This document shows positions 35,223 to 45,063 of a stretch of 64,000 nt of DNA, piece by piece. A program made the translations under genes and the position numbers. This stretch comes from an uncultured Dehalococcoidia bacterium (GTDB lineage: Bacteria; Chloroflexota; Dehalococcoidia; Lucifugimonadales; CATQGZ01), in the NCBI GenBank assembly GCA_964570875.1, contig CAZMZE010000021.1:4987-68986 (forward strand), written 5' to 3'. The notes beneath the pieces are model-generated. The model was given only the letters and a program-made list of their open reading frames with translations, did not search any database and was not told where the DNA came from. Within the stretch, counting starts at the first letter, position 1. The number at the start of each line of letters is the position of its first letter.

Positions 35223-36113
35223 ATGGCTGAGGCATTTGTAGATGCACTAGAATTTTTCCCACGTGGCTTGGTGTATGTTGGGATGGGTTTAGCAATACTG
35301 GTACTCGCAAAAATCGTTCAAGACCTTCTAACACCATACAAAATCGGTGAACAGCTTAGTCAAAAAGACAACCTTGCACTAGCACTAAGTATTTCTGGGT
35401 ATTACCTTGGTATAGTGATCGTGTTTCTAGGAGCGCTGTATGAACCATTTGGGTCTGCAATTTCTAGTGACGGGCTTGGATTCACATCAGATTACTGGCA
35501 AGACGTTATAACCGTGTTGGTCTATTCCATCATAGGCATGCTGGTGTTAAACGTGGCTCGAATACTAGTAGATAAAATAGTGCTTTACAAATTCAGTACT
35601 GAATCAGAAATAATAAATGACCACAATGTTGGTACTGGCGCAGTAGAATGTGGGATTTTTATTGCCTTAAGCCTTGTTATAGCAGGTTCGATATCAGGTT
35701 CTAGTGCAGGACCAAGTGCAACAATAGTATTTGGAGCTCTGGGACTGATAGTACTGGTGTTGTACACATTTTTTTACCAATTCACAACCCCATACGACAT
35801 CCATACTCAAATCTCTGATAACAACGCTGCGGTCGGAGTAGCGCTTGCAGGCAACCTCATAGCAATAGGCATTGTTATATTCAAAGCTGTTTTTGGGGAA
35901 TTTGTCAGTTGGGAATCTAGCCTAGCTGAATTCTTCACATTTGCAGTTATTGGATTCATTCTCCTCTTCATTGTTAGACGAATCATAGACTTGGTATTAT
36001 TCCCAGCCGTGAAAGTATCAGACGAACTAGCCACCGACAAAAATATTGGTGTTGGATTAATTATGAGTAGTAGTGTAATTAGTGCTAGTTTAATCCTGTT
36101 TTTCGCTGTCTAG
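35223..36113 (+). CDS. integral membrane protein with tandem DUF350-like repeats
   Basis: 296 aa. A four-fold internal repeat of helix, then loop (TPYKIGEQLSQKDNLALAL / KFSTESEIINDHNVGTGAV / TPYDIHTQISDNNAAVGVA / PAVKVSDELATDKNIGVGL), then helix, as in YjfL/DUF350 proteins. Confidence 0.55.
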   Translation: MAEAFVDALEFFPRGLVYVGMGLAILVLAKIVQDLLTPYKIGEQLSQKDNLALALSISGYYLGIVIVFLGALYEPFGSAISSDGLGFTSDYWQDVITVLVYSIIGMLVLNVARILVDKIVLYKFSTESEIINDHNVGTGAVECGIFIALSLVIAGSISGSSAGPSATIVFGALGLIVLVLYTFFYQFTTPYDIHTQISDNNAAVGVALAGNLIAIGIVIFKAVFGEFVSWESSLAEFFTFAVIGFILLFIVRRIIDLVLFPAVKVSDELATDKNIGVGLIMSSSVISASLILFFAV

Positions 36114-36155
36114 AGAACCTGATTACTCCGGTTTGGTCTTGAAAAATTTAACTGT

Positions 36156-37499
36156 CTACCGGGGAGACCAAGTAGCCATTACGCCATCCGCTATGGCTGA
36201 AACAATAGGACTTTGATCCACATAGACAACATATATTAAAGGGTTTTCTCCATCTACAGTTGGAGGAAATGAAGCTCCGATCGCTAATCCTGCCTCCCTA
36301 CCAGCAAATACAATTTGCCTGCTATCAGGAGACCAAATAGAATGAGATTTGGAGTATTGATCATAGTATTGGAAAAGTGTTAGTTGATCTATACTCGGAA
36401 CAAAATCTACGAGAGGCCATCTGAGACCAGTCTTCCGGTCCAAAACCATCCATCTCAGTGTGCCCGGGCTGTCTGCAATAGAAACGTATACCAATTTTGA
36501 CGAATCTGGAGACCAGAAATATGCGATGACTGGTTCGTTTATGTTCAGAGAATTCAGCGGATCGTAATTTCTGTCGTATATTTTGATTCCGGAATGTACT
36601 CCAATAGCCAAACCTAGATATATGTAAGCTGTTTGTGGGCCTCCTATAGCAATATTCCTGCTATCAGGAGACCAAGAAAAAGTAGCATCTGAGTGGATGT
36701 CATTAAGGAACTCTTCATAAACGAAATTCTCTTTACTAAGGTCGCCGATTAGCATAGAAGTCACACCAAAACCATCTACATTCAACAACGTTCCTTTAGT
36801 AGTTCCTGGTTGCCAACTGGGAGTTCTGTATGAAGATGAATTTAAATCTAAAGATTTCACACTTATTGGGGTGCTGGAAACATCCAGCAAAAAATGTCCA
36901 CTATTTCTATGGGCTAAAAGATAGTTCGAATCAAAAGACCAGTCCATCCAAATTGGGCCATCTATCATGGATGGATTTATTGGAGCGACATCCTCTATTT
37001 GCCTATCCACATACAGGTTAAGACTACCATTATCAGAAAATATGAAAGCCAAGTTTTTATCATCAGGAGACCAAAAGGAGTAATAGAAAACTCCCGCTGC
37101 AATCTGAGAAGCAATACCTGAATGAATTGATGTGGTATTTCCTGTTTTTAATTCGAAATTCTCTAATGACATTGTCAAACCAACAGCAGACTCTTTTATT
37201 TTTGTGTAAGTTAGTATGCTTGAGTTGGATGACCATGAGGGCCAGGTGAACCCTTGCCTGACAGATTCAGAAATTGGAGTTAGCAAACGTGGGTCAGTCC
37301 CGTCAGGTTTAATCAACTGTATCTGGCTTTCAGTATCTCTAAATGCGATGAGGTCTACCCTGGTAAGTGGGGGCAGTTCTGGTTCTACATCTACAGAAGT
37401 CTCCCGTCCGCCGAGAACAGATATTACAACTAAAAAGGCAAATAAAATTAATAGACTTGTGGTATTTCTGCCAATTTTGAACCGTCGAATCAAACGCAA
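36156..37499 (-). CDS. membrane-anchored PD40/TolB-like beta-propeller repeat protein
   Basis: N-terminal TM (LLILFAFLVVISVLGG) and repeated WSPD motifs (FWSPDDKNLAF, FSWSPDSRNIA, FWSPDSSKLVY, IWSPDSRQIVF). Confidence 0.7.
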   Translation of the reverse strand: MRLIRRFKIGRNTTSLLILFAFLVVISVLGGRETSVDVEPELPPLTRVDLIAFRDTESQIQLIKPDGTDPRLLTPISESVRQGFTWPSWSSNSSILTYTKIKESAVGLTMSLENFELKTGNTTSIHSGIASQIAAGVFYYSFWSPDDKNLAFIFSDNGSLNLYVDRQIEDVAPINPSMIDGPIWMDWSFDSNYLLAHRNSGHFLLDVSSTPISVKSLDLNSSSYRTPSWQPGTTKGTLLNVDGFGVTSMLIGDLSKENFVYEEFLNDIHSDATFSWSPDSRNIAIGGPQTAYIYLGLAIGVHSGIKIYDRNYDPLNSLNINEPVIAYFWSPDSSKLVYVSIADSPGTLRWMVLDRKTGLRWPLVDFVPSIDQLTLFQYYDQYSKSHSIWSPDSRQIVFAGREAGLAIGASFPPTVDGENPLIYVVYVDQSPIVSAIADGVMATWSPR

Positions 37500-38332
37500 A
37501 TTTCTAAACCAATATCTAACGACTTTGAGGAGTGAGTCAACGCTCCCACAGATATCATGTCTACTCCGGTTTCAGCAATCTGAGAAACAGTTTCGATAGA
37601 AACTCGACCTGAAGCCTCAGTCAATGCTCGGCCTCTACACATTTTAACGGCCTTCCGCATATCAGAAAGACCCATGTTATCCAAAAGCAGAACGTCCACA
37701 CCTGCATCTAACGCATCTGAAACTTGAAGCAAATTCTCTACTTCAATTTCAATTTTAAGAGTGTGTGGAGCATTGCTTCTAGCTCTGGCAATTATTTCAG
37801 ATATATCTAACCCTTCAATTTTCAATGCCTCAATATGGTTATCTTTTATCAAAACCCCATCACTCAAATTATATCTGTGATTCTGGCCTCCACCTGCCAA
37901 TACTGCTCTTTTTTCTAGTAATCTGAGCCCCGGAGTAGTCTTCCTTGTATCCAAAATCCGTGTTCCATATGGATTTACTGCTTTAACGTATGCCTGAGTT
38001 TCAGTAGCTATACCACTCAGTTTCCTGACAAAGTTCAGTGCAGTCCTTTCGGCAGCTAAGATACTCGCCATCGAACCCTTTACTACTCCAAGAATATCAC
38101 CACTACTAACAGATTCACCTTCTTTAATTAAAACATCCACATTGAGTGACGGATCAAATTTGGTGAATACTGCCATGGATACCTCTAAACCAGATAAAAC
38201 ACCAGATTCTTCTGAAATAAACGAAGCATCGCCGTGAAATGCATCTCGTATAAGTGCACGAGTGGTAACGTCTCCTCCTTGGAGATCTTCAGACAAAGCT
38301 CGATCGATTATTAGTTGTATCTCTGGATCCAC
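37490..38332 (-). CDS. nadC: nicotinate-nucleotide diphosphorylase (carboxylating)
   Basis: 280 aa. D.T..A, ILDTRKTTPGLR, KDNH and LLDNM motifs of quinolinate phosphoribosyltransferase. Confidence 0.9.
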   Translation of the reverse strand: MDPEIQLIIDRALSEDLQGGDVTTRALIRDAFHGDASFISEESGVLSGLEVSMAVFTKFDPSLNVDVLIKEGESVSSGDILGVVKGSMASILAAERTALNFVRKLSGIATETQAYVKAVNPYGTRILDTRKTTPGLRLLEKRAVLAGGGQNHRYNLSDGVLIKDNHIEALKIEGLDISEIIARARSNAPHTLKIEIEVENLLQVSDALDAGVDVLLLDNMGLSDMRKAVKMCRGRALTEASGRVSIETVSQIAETGVDMISVGALTHSSKSLDIGLEICV

Positions 38333-38397
38333 CGCAGTTCCTCAAAACACCCTAAGGACATAGTGGACTATTCCTCTGTTTTTTATATCCGAATTTT

Positions 38398-39603
38398 CTA
38401 TACGATAGAAAGCATTCTGTCTAAAGCAATTTTGGCATAGCTAGATGTCTCTTCGTCTACATCTATTTCATTCACCACCACTCCCTGAATTAACCCATCC
38501 AGGACCCATGAAAGATAAGCTGGGTGAATTCTATACATAGTGGAACATGGACAAACAACAGAATCTAAGCAAAAAACAGTCTTGTCGGAATTCTCACGCG
38601 CTATTCTGTTAACCATGCTGATCTCAGTACCTACAGCCCACTTAGTACCAGGGCTTGCATCTTCAATAGTCTTTTTGATGAATTCTGTGGATCCATTACT
38701 ATCTGCAGCTTCTACAACTTCCATAGTACATTCAGGGTGAACAATCACATTCACATCTGGATTTGCTTCGCGTGCCAGTCGAATTTGTTCAACAGTAAAG
38801 CGAGTGTGGACTGAACAGTGTCCTTGCCAAAGGATTACCTTCGCATCATCAATTTCTTTAGGAGTATGGCCGCCTAGCGGCTTGAAAGGATTCCACACAA
38901 TCATTTCTGACAAATCTATACCCATTTTCAAACCAGTATTTCTTCCTAAATGTTGGTCTGGTAAGAAAAGAATTTTTTTGTCCTTTTCCAAAGCCCATTT
39001 GTAGGTCGCGGCTGCATTTGAAGATGTACACACTATTCCATCATTACGGCCACAAATAGCCTTAATAGCTGCAGTTGAATTCATATAAGTAATGGGAGTT
39101 ATGGAATTGGTCCCTAATTGGTCAGAGAGATCGTCCCAGCAATCCATAACGTCATCTATCTGAGCCATATCTGCCATCGAGCAACCAGCAGCCAGGTTAG
39201 GCAAAATCACTCTCTGACTGTCTCCGCTCAGAATACTAGCTGTTTCTGCCATAAAATGGACACCACAAAACACTATTGATTCTGCATCTTTATTTTGAGC
39301 TGCAAATTGAGAAAGTTTAAACGAGTCCCCCCTCAAATCTGCAAATTTAATGATTTCATCTCGCTGGTAGTGGTGTCCGAGAATGACAAGATTCTTACCC
39401 AGTGTATGTCGAGCAGCAGATATGCGATCATCCAGTTCCTCCGGGCTCATTCGCATATAACTGACGGGTAACTTCTGCCACCTTACGCCTACATCAAGTT
39501 CCTCGGCCAAAGGCTTAGATTTAAGATCCCCGTCTGATTGACAAAACGCAGACTGCTCAATCTCAGTGATCGGTATCTCTGGGTTCTTGACTGTAACTAC
39601 CAC
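38398..39603 (-). CDS. nadA: quinolinate synthase NadA (long form)
   Basis: ILGHHYQRDEI, FCGVHFMAETA, GCSMA, HPEC and CPCSTM (Fe-S Cys ligand regions). Confidence 0.9.
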   Translation of the reverse strand: MVVTVKNPEIPITEIEQSAFCQSDGDLKSKPLAEELDVGVRWQKLPVSYMRMSPEELDDRISAARHTLGKNLVILGHHYQRDEIIKFADLRGDSFKLSQFAAQNKDAESIVFCGVHFMAETASILSGDSQRVILPNLAAGCSMADMAQIDDVMDCWDDLSDQLGTNSITPITYMNSTAAIKAICGRNDGIVCTSSNAAATYKWALEKDKKILFLPDQHLGRNTGLKMGIDLSEMIVWNPFKPLGGHTPKEIDDAKVILWQGHCSVHTRFTVEQIRLAREANPDVNVIVHPECTMEVVEAADSNGSTEFIKKTIEDASPGTKWAVGTEISMVNRIARENSDKTVFCLDSVVCPCSTMYRIHPAYLSWVLDGLIQGVVVNEIDVDEETSSYAKIALDRMLSIV

Positions 39604-39630
39604 CTTGAAGCTCCTTAGCTATATACCAAA

Positions 39631-40908
39631 CTAAGATACAAGAGAGCCTTGTAAAGACCAAGGCCCAGTCTTTTTGACACGCACATTTAGCATCTCACCA
39701 GTTCTATCATCTACGGATTCAAAGAAAACAAGTTTATCGTTTCTGTTCCGTCCATACCATTTCCCTCGTTTTTGGCCTTCTACAAGTATCTCTACCTTTT
39801 CATTGGATAACTTTGAGTTAATTTTGCTAACAACATCTTCTTGGAGAGCCTCTATAGCTTTTAATCTCAACTGTTTATCTTCATCAGGAACATCATCTTC
39901 CATCGTTCTAGATGCTATAGTACCCGGTCGATTCGAATAAGCTGCAACGTGTACTTTATCAAACTTGATATCCCTAACTAGTTCGAGAGTTTTTTCAAAC
40001 TGACTTTCTGATTCCCCTGAAAACCCTACTATTATATCGGTACTTATCGAAACATTGGGTACCAATTCTCTTATAGTATCAACTAATTTACGATATTCGT
40101 TGTTAGTGTACCCTCTTCTCATTCTTGTAAGTATCTTGTCATCACCGGCTTGGAAGGGAAGATTGAAATGCTCACATACTTTATCAAGGGAGGACACTGA
40201 TTTGATTATCCGTTCAGTCATGTCATTTGGATGAGAGGTCAGGAATCTAATCCTTTGGAGTCCTTGGATGTCATTAATTTTTGTAAGCAGGTCTGATAAA
40301 TCTGGTTTACCCGTCAAATCATGTCCATAAGAGTCCACATTCTGCCCCAGCAGAGTAACTTCTTTAACCCCTCTCGCAACCAATAATTCAGTTTCTCTAA
40401 CAATATCGTCAATATCCCTACTTACGTCCCTACCTCTCCTATAGGGAATAATGCAGAAGGAACACATTTTATCGCAGCCATGGCTAATTGGTATATATGC
40501 AGTAACATCCGGCTTTGCAACGAGTGGACCAATACAACCCTCTGGGTCAATTTTCATCCTCTCTCCCAGTAGCTCTATCAACGGTTCGAATTGCTGAGGA
40601 GCCATGAACAAATCAGCATAAGGATATTTGTTTTCAAGAGTTTCTGTCTTTGGCCCAACCATACAACCCATCAAAGCAATAATTTTTTCAGGATCGCGCT
40701 GTTTAAGCGGCTTAAGACTAGTTAACATTCCAATTGCCCTGTCTTCGGCGCTTTGCCTAACGACGCAGCTGTTCAAAACAATCACGTCAGCATCGTTCGG
40801 AGTCTCGACGTTGGTCAATCCCATTTGAGTCATGGCACTTTCAAGGCGTTCAGAATCAGCCATGTTCATCTGGCATCCAATTGTCCATATGTGGTAATTT
40901 TGTATCAT
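39631..40908 (-). CDS. miaB: tRNA-i6A37 methylthiotransferase MiaB
   Basis: YHIWTIGCQMNMADSE (N-terminal UPF0004 Cys), radical-SAM CDKMCSFCIIP, C-terminal TRAM domain. Start reset to ATG 40908 because the track ORF N-terminus runs through the tRNA-Ser gene. Confidence 0.9.
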   Translation of the reverse strand: MIQNYHIWTIGCQMNMADSERLESAMTQMGLTNVETPNDADVIVLNSCVVRQSAEDRAIGMLTSLKPLKQRDPEKIIALMGCMVGPKTETLENKYPYADLFMAPQQFEPLIELLGERMKIDPEGCIGPLVAKPDVTAYIPISHGCDKMCSFCIIPYRRGRDVSRDIDDIVRETELLVARGVKEVTLLGQNVDSYGHDLTGKPDLSDLLTKINDIQGLQRIRFLTSHPNDMTERIIKSVSSLDKVCEHFNLPFQAGDDKILTRMRRGYTNNEYRKLVDTIRELVPNVSISTDIIVGFSGESESQFEKTLELVRDIKFDKVHVAAYSNRPGTIASRTMEDDVPDEDKQLRLKAIEALQEDVVSKINSKLSNEKVEILVEGQKRGKWYGRNRNDKLVFFESVDDRTGEMLNVRVKKTGPWSLQGSLVS

Positions 40909-40922
40909 GATAATCAGATATA

Positions 40923-41014
40923 TGGCGGAGGGAATGGGATTCGAACCCATGACCCCTGTCTCCAGGGGTAACCGCTTAGCAGGCGGCCGCACTAGACCTC
41001 TATGCGATCCCTCC
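40923..41014 (-). tRNA. tRNA-Ser (GCU anticodon)
   Basis: The reverse complement folds as acceptor GGAGGGA/TCCCTCC, anticodon stem GCCGC/GCGGT with loop CTGCTAA, long variable arm CCCCTG-GAGA-CAGGGG, T arm ATGGG-TTCGAAT-CCCAT, discriminator G and encoded CCA. Confidence 0.9.
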
Positions 41015-41230
41015 TAGTGTTGCACCAATATAGCAAACAAACGTTCACCCTTCAATAAATAGCATCACTAAGGCTTATAGAAACTCGGAATTATTCCTTA
41101 ACCTCCTTTATAGAGGAGAAGCACTCTTCAGATTGTTCATTTATATGTATTGTCTTCATTACCTCACCTAACCATTAATTGGAATTTTACACGTAGAGTC
41201 TATTGACTCCTAACACTCCCAATATTGTGA

Positions 41231-41683
41231 TTACGTGGCTGATGATTCATTAACCGTCTGTGAAAGGTAATGCTCCCCATCACTACCAACCCAAATTTCT
41301 CCATCTTCAAACATCTCTTTTTTCCAAATAGGAACAATCTGTTTGATACGATCCACGCTATATTGGCATGCCAAGAAAGCATCTCCCCTATGAGGAGCAG
41401 ATACAGCCACCACTAAACTTATATCTCCTATTTCAAGTCTCCCAAGACGATGAGCAACTGCAACATCGCCAATCGACCATTTTTCATTGATTTCATTTAC
41501 GATTTGTTCCAGCGTTTGATCAGCCATAGGCCTATATGCTTCATATTCTAGATATCTAACCTTTCTACCTGCGGTGGTGTCTCGTGTTGTCCCCAGAAAA
41601 GTTATAACGGCCCCGTTTGAATCGCTCCTTACGCAATCTGTTACCAATTCAGGATTAATAGACTCATTAGTTATCAGTATCAA
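41231..41683 (-). CDS. moaE: molybdopterin synthase catalytic subunit MoaE
   Basis: 150 aa. GA..TF.G..RD......V..LEYEAY..MA and PIWKKE motifs. The TTG start overlaps the moaD stop (TTGA). Confidence 0.85.
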   Translation of the reverse strand: MILITNESINPELVTDCVRSDSNGAVITFLGTTRDTTAGRKVRYLEYEAYRPMADQTLEQIVNEINEKWSIGDVAVAHRLGRLEIGDISLVVAVSAPHRGDAFLACQYSVDRIKQIVPIWKKEMFEDGEIWVGSDGEHYLSQTVNESSAT

Positions 41684-41955
41684 CGGCTGCCTCCACTGAC
41701 TGGTGGAATTAAAGCTACCTCATCACCATCAGCAACAGTGTAATCTTGCCCTTGGTATTCACCATTAACGGCAATCACTAAGCGAGATCTATCACCTGCA
41801 ATATTAGGATGTCTCTTCAAAACATCATCGAGCAACAAAGAAACTTTAGTTGGGGAAGGCACATCTATATCAATATCGCCAATACCCGCCCGGTCTCTAT
41901 AATGTGCTAACAATTTTATTTTAACCCTCAGAAATCTCTCCTTACAAAAAGACAT
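41680..41955 (-). CDS. moaD: MoaD/ThiS-family sulfur carrier (GG followed by two extra residues)
   Basis: 91 aa with the beta-grasp pattern ...VAVNGEY......V.DGDEVALIPPVSGG-SR. Sits directly upstream of moaE. Confidence 0.75.
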   Translation of the reverse strand: MSFCKERFLRVKIKLLAHYRDRAGIGDIDIDVPSPTKVSLLLDDVLKRHPNIAGDRSRLVIAVNGEYQGQDYTVADGDEVALIPPVSGGSR

Positions 41956-42039
41956 CGTATGGAAATTATATCATCACAAGAGTTCTGATTTGAATTTATC
42001 GGACCATACACAGTCTAAACGTTGAACATCATCAAATAA

Positions 42040-43791
42040 CTATCGACCTATAGCGTATGTATCTCTCCTAGGATCTGCGCCGGATTTCAATATACCAGAT
42101 TCATTATCCACCAAAATCCCTGACAATGCTCCCATCTTGCTAGACCACTCACCCAAAACCTCTAGATCATGGCCTTTCTCAGACAATCCGTTTATAGCTT
42201 GTGATGATAATCTAGACTCAACCGTTAAACGACCAGGCAAATAAGTGTGTGGCCAAAAAGAATTCGGAAAATTCCAAGGAATAAACCTGGGTTGTTCAAT
42301 CGCAGATTGAGGGTCCATACCAAATTCGACTATGTTAAGAAACATCTGAACCATAGAAGAGCATTGCGCATCGCCACCCGGTGTCCCAAATGGCATATAC
42401 AATTTTCCCCCACGAAAAACTATCGAAGGATTCGGAGTCAATCTCGGCCTTTTCCACGGCTGCAAGCTAGATGGATGATCCTCTTCTAGCCAGCTCTGAG
42501 TACCTCTATGGGATATTGGAAAACCCAAACCCGGAACAATTGGCGAGCCATCAACTCCATCGCTTGGAGTAGCTGAAAATGCATTCCCCCATTTATCAAC
42601 AACGCAGGTATAGCTTGTATCCTGCTCTTGAGCTCCAGGATTCCGTCCAATTTTGATCCTATTTAAATCAAGGGATCTAGAATCCCCCTGGTAACGCCAA
42701 GGATTTCCCGGTGGAGCCATTTCCTTAAATGCCTTAACAGTATCTACTTCTTGCCTGCGATCATTAGTATACGCAGAATCCAACAGCCCATTAATAGGAA
42801 CATCAACTAGATCCGGATCACCATAGTAGTGATGCCTGTCCGCAAAACAAAGATTTAAAACCTGCGAAACCAGATGTACATACTCAACGCTATTGTGAGG
42901 ATAAGTGGATAATTCATCTCCTTGCAACATTTGTAGAGCCTGCGCAACAACTGGTCCTTGACACCATGCCCCACATGTATACACGGTGTATCCCTTGTAT
43001 TCGCCCTTTACTGGTGGTTCAACTCTGGCCTCAAATTCTCTTAGGTCACTATGAGATAACAGTCCTCCGTGTAATGAACTAAATGCAACCATTTCCTCAG
43101 CGATTTCCCCTTTGTAAAAAAAATCCCTCGCAGCTCTTATACCAGCTTCTCTCCCATTTCTGGAACCAGCCTCTTCGGCTTCTATAAGTCGTTTGAAAGT
43201 ACGAGCAAGATCAGTCTGTACGACCAGATCTCCTACTTCTAGGCGACGACCGTTAGGCATGAAAACTTCTGCAGTTGAGGACCACATATCTAATGGGTCT
43301 AATTTGGTTTCGTCGGAGGCACCCAATGCCTCGTGGACAGTTGCAGATAAAGGAAACCCTTGTTCTGCCAATTCTAGTGCTGGAGTAATAACTTGTTTCA
43401 ACGTCATTGTTCCGTAAAATTCTAATGCCTTCAGCCATGCATCTGGCGCCGCGGGAGTTACAGAACGCAGTACCCCTAATGGAATTTGGCCATTAGCATA
43501 CTTTCGGAAATACTCTATCGACGCATCTTTTGGCCACCGGCCTAGTCCGCTAATTGTCACCACAGAATCGGTTTTAGCCTCATATATAACTATGGGCGCA
43601 ACACCTCCAAACGTACTAGCATTAGGCAATGTGACATTTATAGCTATCCCAGAAGCAACACCAGCATCCACTGCATTCCCGCCCTGTTCCAAAATACGAT
43701 ATCCGGCTGCAGCGGCCAGATAATGACCAGATGAAACGGCATGGGTAGTACTCAATATAGGCGGTCTGTAGCTGTTTATACCTCTTGACAT
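42040..43791 (-). CDS. ggt: gamma-glutamyltransferase family protein
   Basis: 583 aa. The autoprocessing/nucleophile region QDTSYTCVVDKWGNAFSATPS and the GTPGG motif. Confidence 0.85.
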   Translation of the reverse strand: MSRGINSYRPPILSTTHAVSSGHYLAAAAGYRILEQGGNAVDAGVASGIAINVTLPNASTFGGVAPIVIYEAKTDSVVTISGLGRWPKDASIEYFRKYANGQIPLGVLRSVTPAAPDAWLKALEFYGTMTLKQVITPALELAEQGFPLSATVHEALGASDETKLDPLDMWSSTAEVFMPNGRRLEVGDLVVQTDLARTFKRLIEAEEAGSRNGREAGIRAARDFFYKGEIAEEMVAFSSLHGGLLSHSDLREFEARVEPPVKGEYKGYTVYTCGAWCQGPVVAQALQMLQGDELSTYPHNSVEYVHLVSQVLNLCFADRHHYYGDPDLVDVPINGLLDSAYTNDRRQEVDTVKAFKEMAPPGNPWRYQGDSRSLDLNRIKIGRNPGAQEQDTSYTCVVDKWGNAFSATPSDGVDGSPIVPGLGFPISHRGTQSWLEEDHPSSLQPWKRPRLTPNPSIVFRGGKLYMPFGTPGGDAQCSSMVQMFLNIVEFGMDPQSAIEQPRFIPWNFPNSFWPHTYLPGRLTVESRLSSQAINGLSEKGHDLEVLGEWSSKMGALSGILVDNESGILKSGADPRRDTYAIGR

Positions 43792-43857
43792 TAAATCACC
43801 TCTCCCTCAATCCAGGTCCAGTAGATACCAACAATTCACAGGACTTCTAATCAATCC

Positions 43858-45063
43858 TCAGGTCCTTATGATTCCGTTCTGCTCAAGTCGTTGGATTTTT
43901 TGAGGTGAATAATTCAACAATCCTGACAATATTTGTTGGGTATGCTCACCAATAGTTGGTGTTTGACCAACGGTCATAGGCGTCCGACTAAATTTGATCA
44001 TTTTCCCTGTCACATGAATAGTACCTGCAACTTTATCCGGCACCTCAACCATAATCTCTCGTTCTCTAACGTGTTGATCTGATGCAGCTTGTTGTGTTGT
44101 ATTAACAGGTGCTGATGGAATACTGTATTTTGACAAATGCTCAACAGCATCTTTAGTAGTCTTAGTGATAAAAAAACTGGCCAACTCACTTTCGATTATT
44201 GAAACATATTCACCACGGCTTTCCCGTGTAGAAAATCTAGGATCGTTAAGCCAATCTGATTTATCTATCGCTTCACAGACCCTTGGCCACATCGCATCAC
44301 TAGCCGCAGTAATAAAAATCCATCCATCTGATGTAGGATAGGCATTACTTGTGCCAGACCCGTTCCCTTCTCGTTCCTCAACAATACCATCACCCAAATA
44401 CGCAGAAATCGGGATCTCATTTACAGTAAACCCCGTATCTGCCAAAGAAACTTCTATTGATTGCCCGCATCCAGATATATCTCTCTCTCTTACAGCAGCC
44501 AGTGCTCCGATGGTGGCATGTAAAGACGTGATTCGATCAATCAAAGGGAAATATGTCTTGATCGGAGGATCATCAGGAAATCCTGTCATCGACATCAATC
44601 CGCTAATAGCTTGACCTATCTGATCGAACCCCACACGATCTTTATAGGGACCGTATTGCCCATAAGCAGATACATTCACCATTATTATCTTAGGATTCAA
44701 TGACTTCAAAACATCGTACCCGAAACCCATTTTTTCTATTGTGCCGGGACGAAAATTTTGGAGAAATATGTCAGACTTCCCGACTAAATCTCTCAGTATA
44801 TCTTTGCCTTCTTTTGTACGTAAATTTACCGATAAACTTTTCTTACCACTGTTGTACTGGACCCAATATGCGCTTTGACCTCGCACGGTAGGTCCGTTTG
44901 ATCTACTCTCGTCACCATCCAGTGATTCTATCTTTATAACTTCTGCTCCCATTCGAGCAAACATCAAAGCACACCTTGGACCAGCCTGGTATCTACCCAG
45001 ATCTAGCAAACGTATCCCCTCCAGTGGGGTGCTCAAAGGTGCATCCGGCTTATTCATTTCCAC
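43858..45063 (-). CDS. family III CoA-transferase (CaiB/BaiF type)
   Basis: GIRLLDLGRYQAGPRCALMFARMGAEVIKIE and DIFLQNFRPG motifs. Confidence 0.85.
   Translation of the reverse strand: MEMNKPDAPLSTPLEGIRLLDLGRYQAGPRCALMFARMGAEVIKIESLDGDESRSNGPTVRGQSAYWVQYNSGKKSLSVNLRTKEGKDILRDLVGKSDIFLQNFRPGTIEKMGFGYDVLKSLNPKIIMVNVSAYGQYGPYKDRVGFDQIGQAISGLMSMTGFPDDPPIKTYFPLIDRITSLHATIGALAAVRERDISGCGQSIEVSLADTGFTVNEIPISAYLGDGIVEEREGNGSGTSNAYPTSDGWIFITAASDAMWPRVCEAIDKSDWLNDPRFSTRESRGEYVSIIESELASFFITKTTKDAVEHLSKYSIPSAPVNTTQQAASDQHVREREIMVEVPDKVAGTIHVTGKMIKFSRTPMTVGQTPTIGEHTQQILSGLLNYSPQKIQRLEQNGIIRT

Noticed and set aside
40909-40992. N-terminal 28 codons of the track ORF for miaB (MRPPAKRLPLETGVMGSNPIPSAIYLII)
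   Set aside because: This stretch is the reverse-strand reading of the tRNA-Ser gene (40923-41014). MiaB homology begins at the internal Met (MIQNYHIWTIGCQMN), so the start was moved to 40908.
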